A model generated the notes under the pieces. It saw only the letters and a list, made by a program, of their open reading frames with translations, did not search any database and was not told the DNA's origin. A DNA stretch of 64,000 bases from Octopus bimaculoides (Eukaryota): NCBI RefSeq assembly GCF_001194135.2, contig NC_069001.1, positions 27,200,246 through 27,264,245 of the forward strand, read 5' to 3'. The position numbers were made by a program, and so were the translations under genes. Positions 63,198 to 64,000 of this stretch are shown here, piece by piece. How positions within the stretch are numbered: the first letter of the stretch is position 1; each line of letters starts with the position of its first letter.

Positions 63198-64000
63198 AAA
63201 CTCTACAAACAATCTCAGAGGTTAATTTTTATGGGGTGAGACTGGCTCCGACATAGTGAAAACACTATGTTGCTCCAAATAAAATAGTGAAGTTAGTGGG
63301 AAAACAGTTAATGCAGATATCGTAAAAAGCTAACTATAAAATATTATGGGCAATGTTTTTACACCATTTTCTACCATTTGAATATAGAAAACAGATTTTA
63401 GAATATAGCATATAATATACTTATGCAATATATATATGTATGTATGTATATATATATATATATATATATGCGTATAAGTATATATATGCGTGTGTGTGTG
63501 TATATATATATATATTTGTGTGTGTGTGTGTATACATACACGCGCGCACACACAGACTCACTCACTAACACTAACATACTCATATATTCTACATCTTCGA
63601 TTTTCTCATAAAACACAAACTGCGGTTATAGAATCCTTTCAAAGTCAGTATTTACTGGTGAATATATAACTAAGACTATCCATGATTGTTACTGGTGTGG
63701 CAGCGTGTCTGAGAGGTTCCTATATAGGGCCGAACCTACTACAAGACTACTTGGGAAAGTGCATTCTCTTATAGTTTATCTTTGACAGATAACGTACGAG
63801 GAAAATGATACTCACATACACAATTTCGGTGAAATATCGATAACTGATATAAATATTCCCAAAAATGCAGGATCAATGATCTACGAGAAATATCCCTGGA
63901 GATATTTGTTCTGTATCCATTTACATATAATTTTTTTTTGTATCTCGCACAGCATAAGATAAATGAATTGAATAGATAATCGTTACACATACATATATAC

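Noticed and set aside
4564-63616. Dozens of long ORFs of YIYI, CVCV, HTHT, LSLS or X runs
   Set aside because: These are translations of (TA)n, (GT)n, (CA)n and (CT)n microsatellites and N-gaps, which lack stop codons. They have no protein-like content.
1-64000. CRISPR arrays, rRNA genes, prokaryotic or viral genes
   Set aside because: No regularly spaced repeat-spacer structure, rRNA motifs or long intronless ORFs. The repeats are microsatellites and dispersed retroposons.

Overview
AT-rich, microsatellite- and SINE-dense eukaryotic scaffold with 18 N-gaps. The repeat families and layout look like an octopus (coleoid cephalopod) genome; this is an inference, not a database result. The only host gene is a kainate-type ionotropic glutamate receptor subunit (GRIK-like) on the + strand. 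Six internal exons (3403-3516, 5261-5458, 5925-6252, 47877-48094, 56914-57139, 59264-59529; 1350 nt = 450 codons, all GT-AG with consistent phases) encode the ATD-LBD linker, S1, M1-M2 with the Q/R site, M3, S2 and M4. The start lies upstream of the window and the C-terminal exon is not securely identified. A 41.6-kb intron follows the Q/R exon. The introns carry decayed transposons (two Tc1/mariner-superfamily transposases, a Penelope GIY-YIG endonuclease, RTE and CR1/L2-like LINE ends, a hAT MITE, an 826-bp foldback element), many tRNA-derived SINEs and a tRNA-like pseudogene. The most unusual signal is a set of short repeats that end at microsatellites and carry minimal type-I hammerhead ribozyme folds with palindromic stem III: a canonical-core copy at 2272-2311 (+), a G3-C8 core-swapped copy at 21912-21954 (-) and a degenerate copy at 61463-61501 (-). 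Nearly all ORFs in the supplied track are microsatellite or N-gap artefacts.
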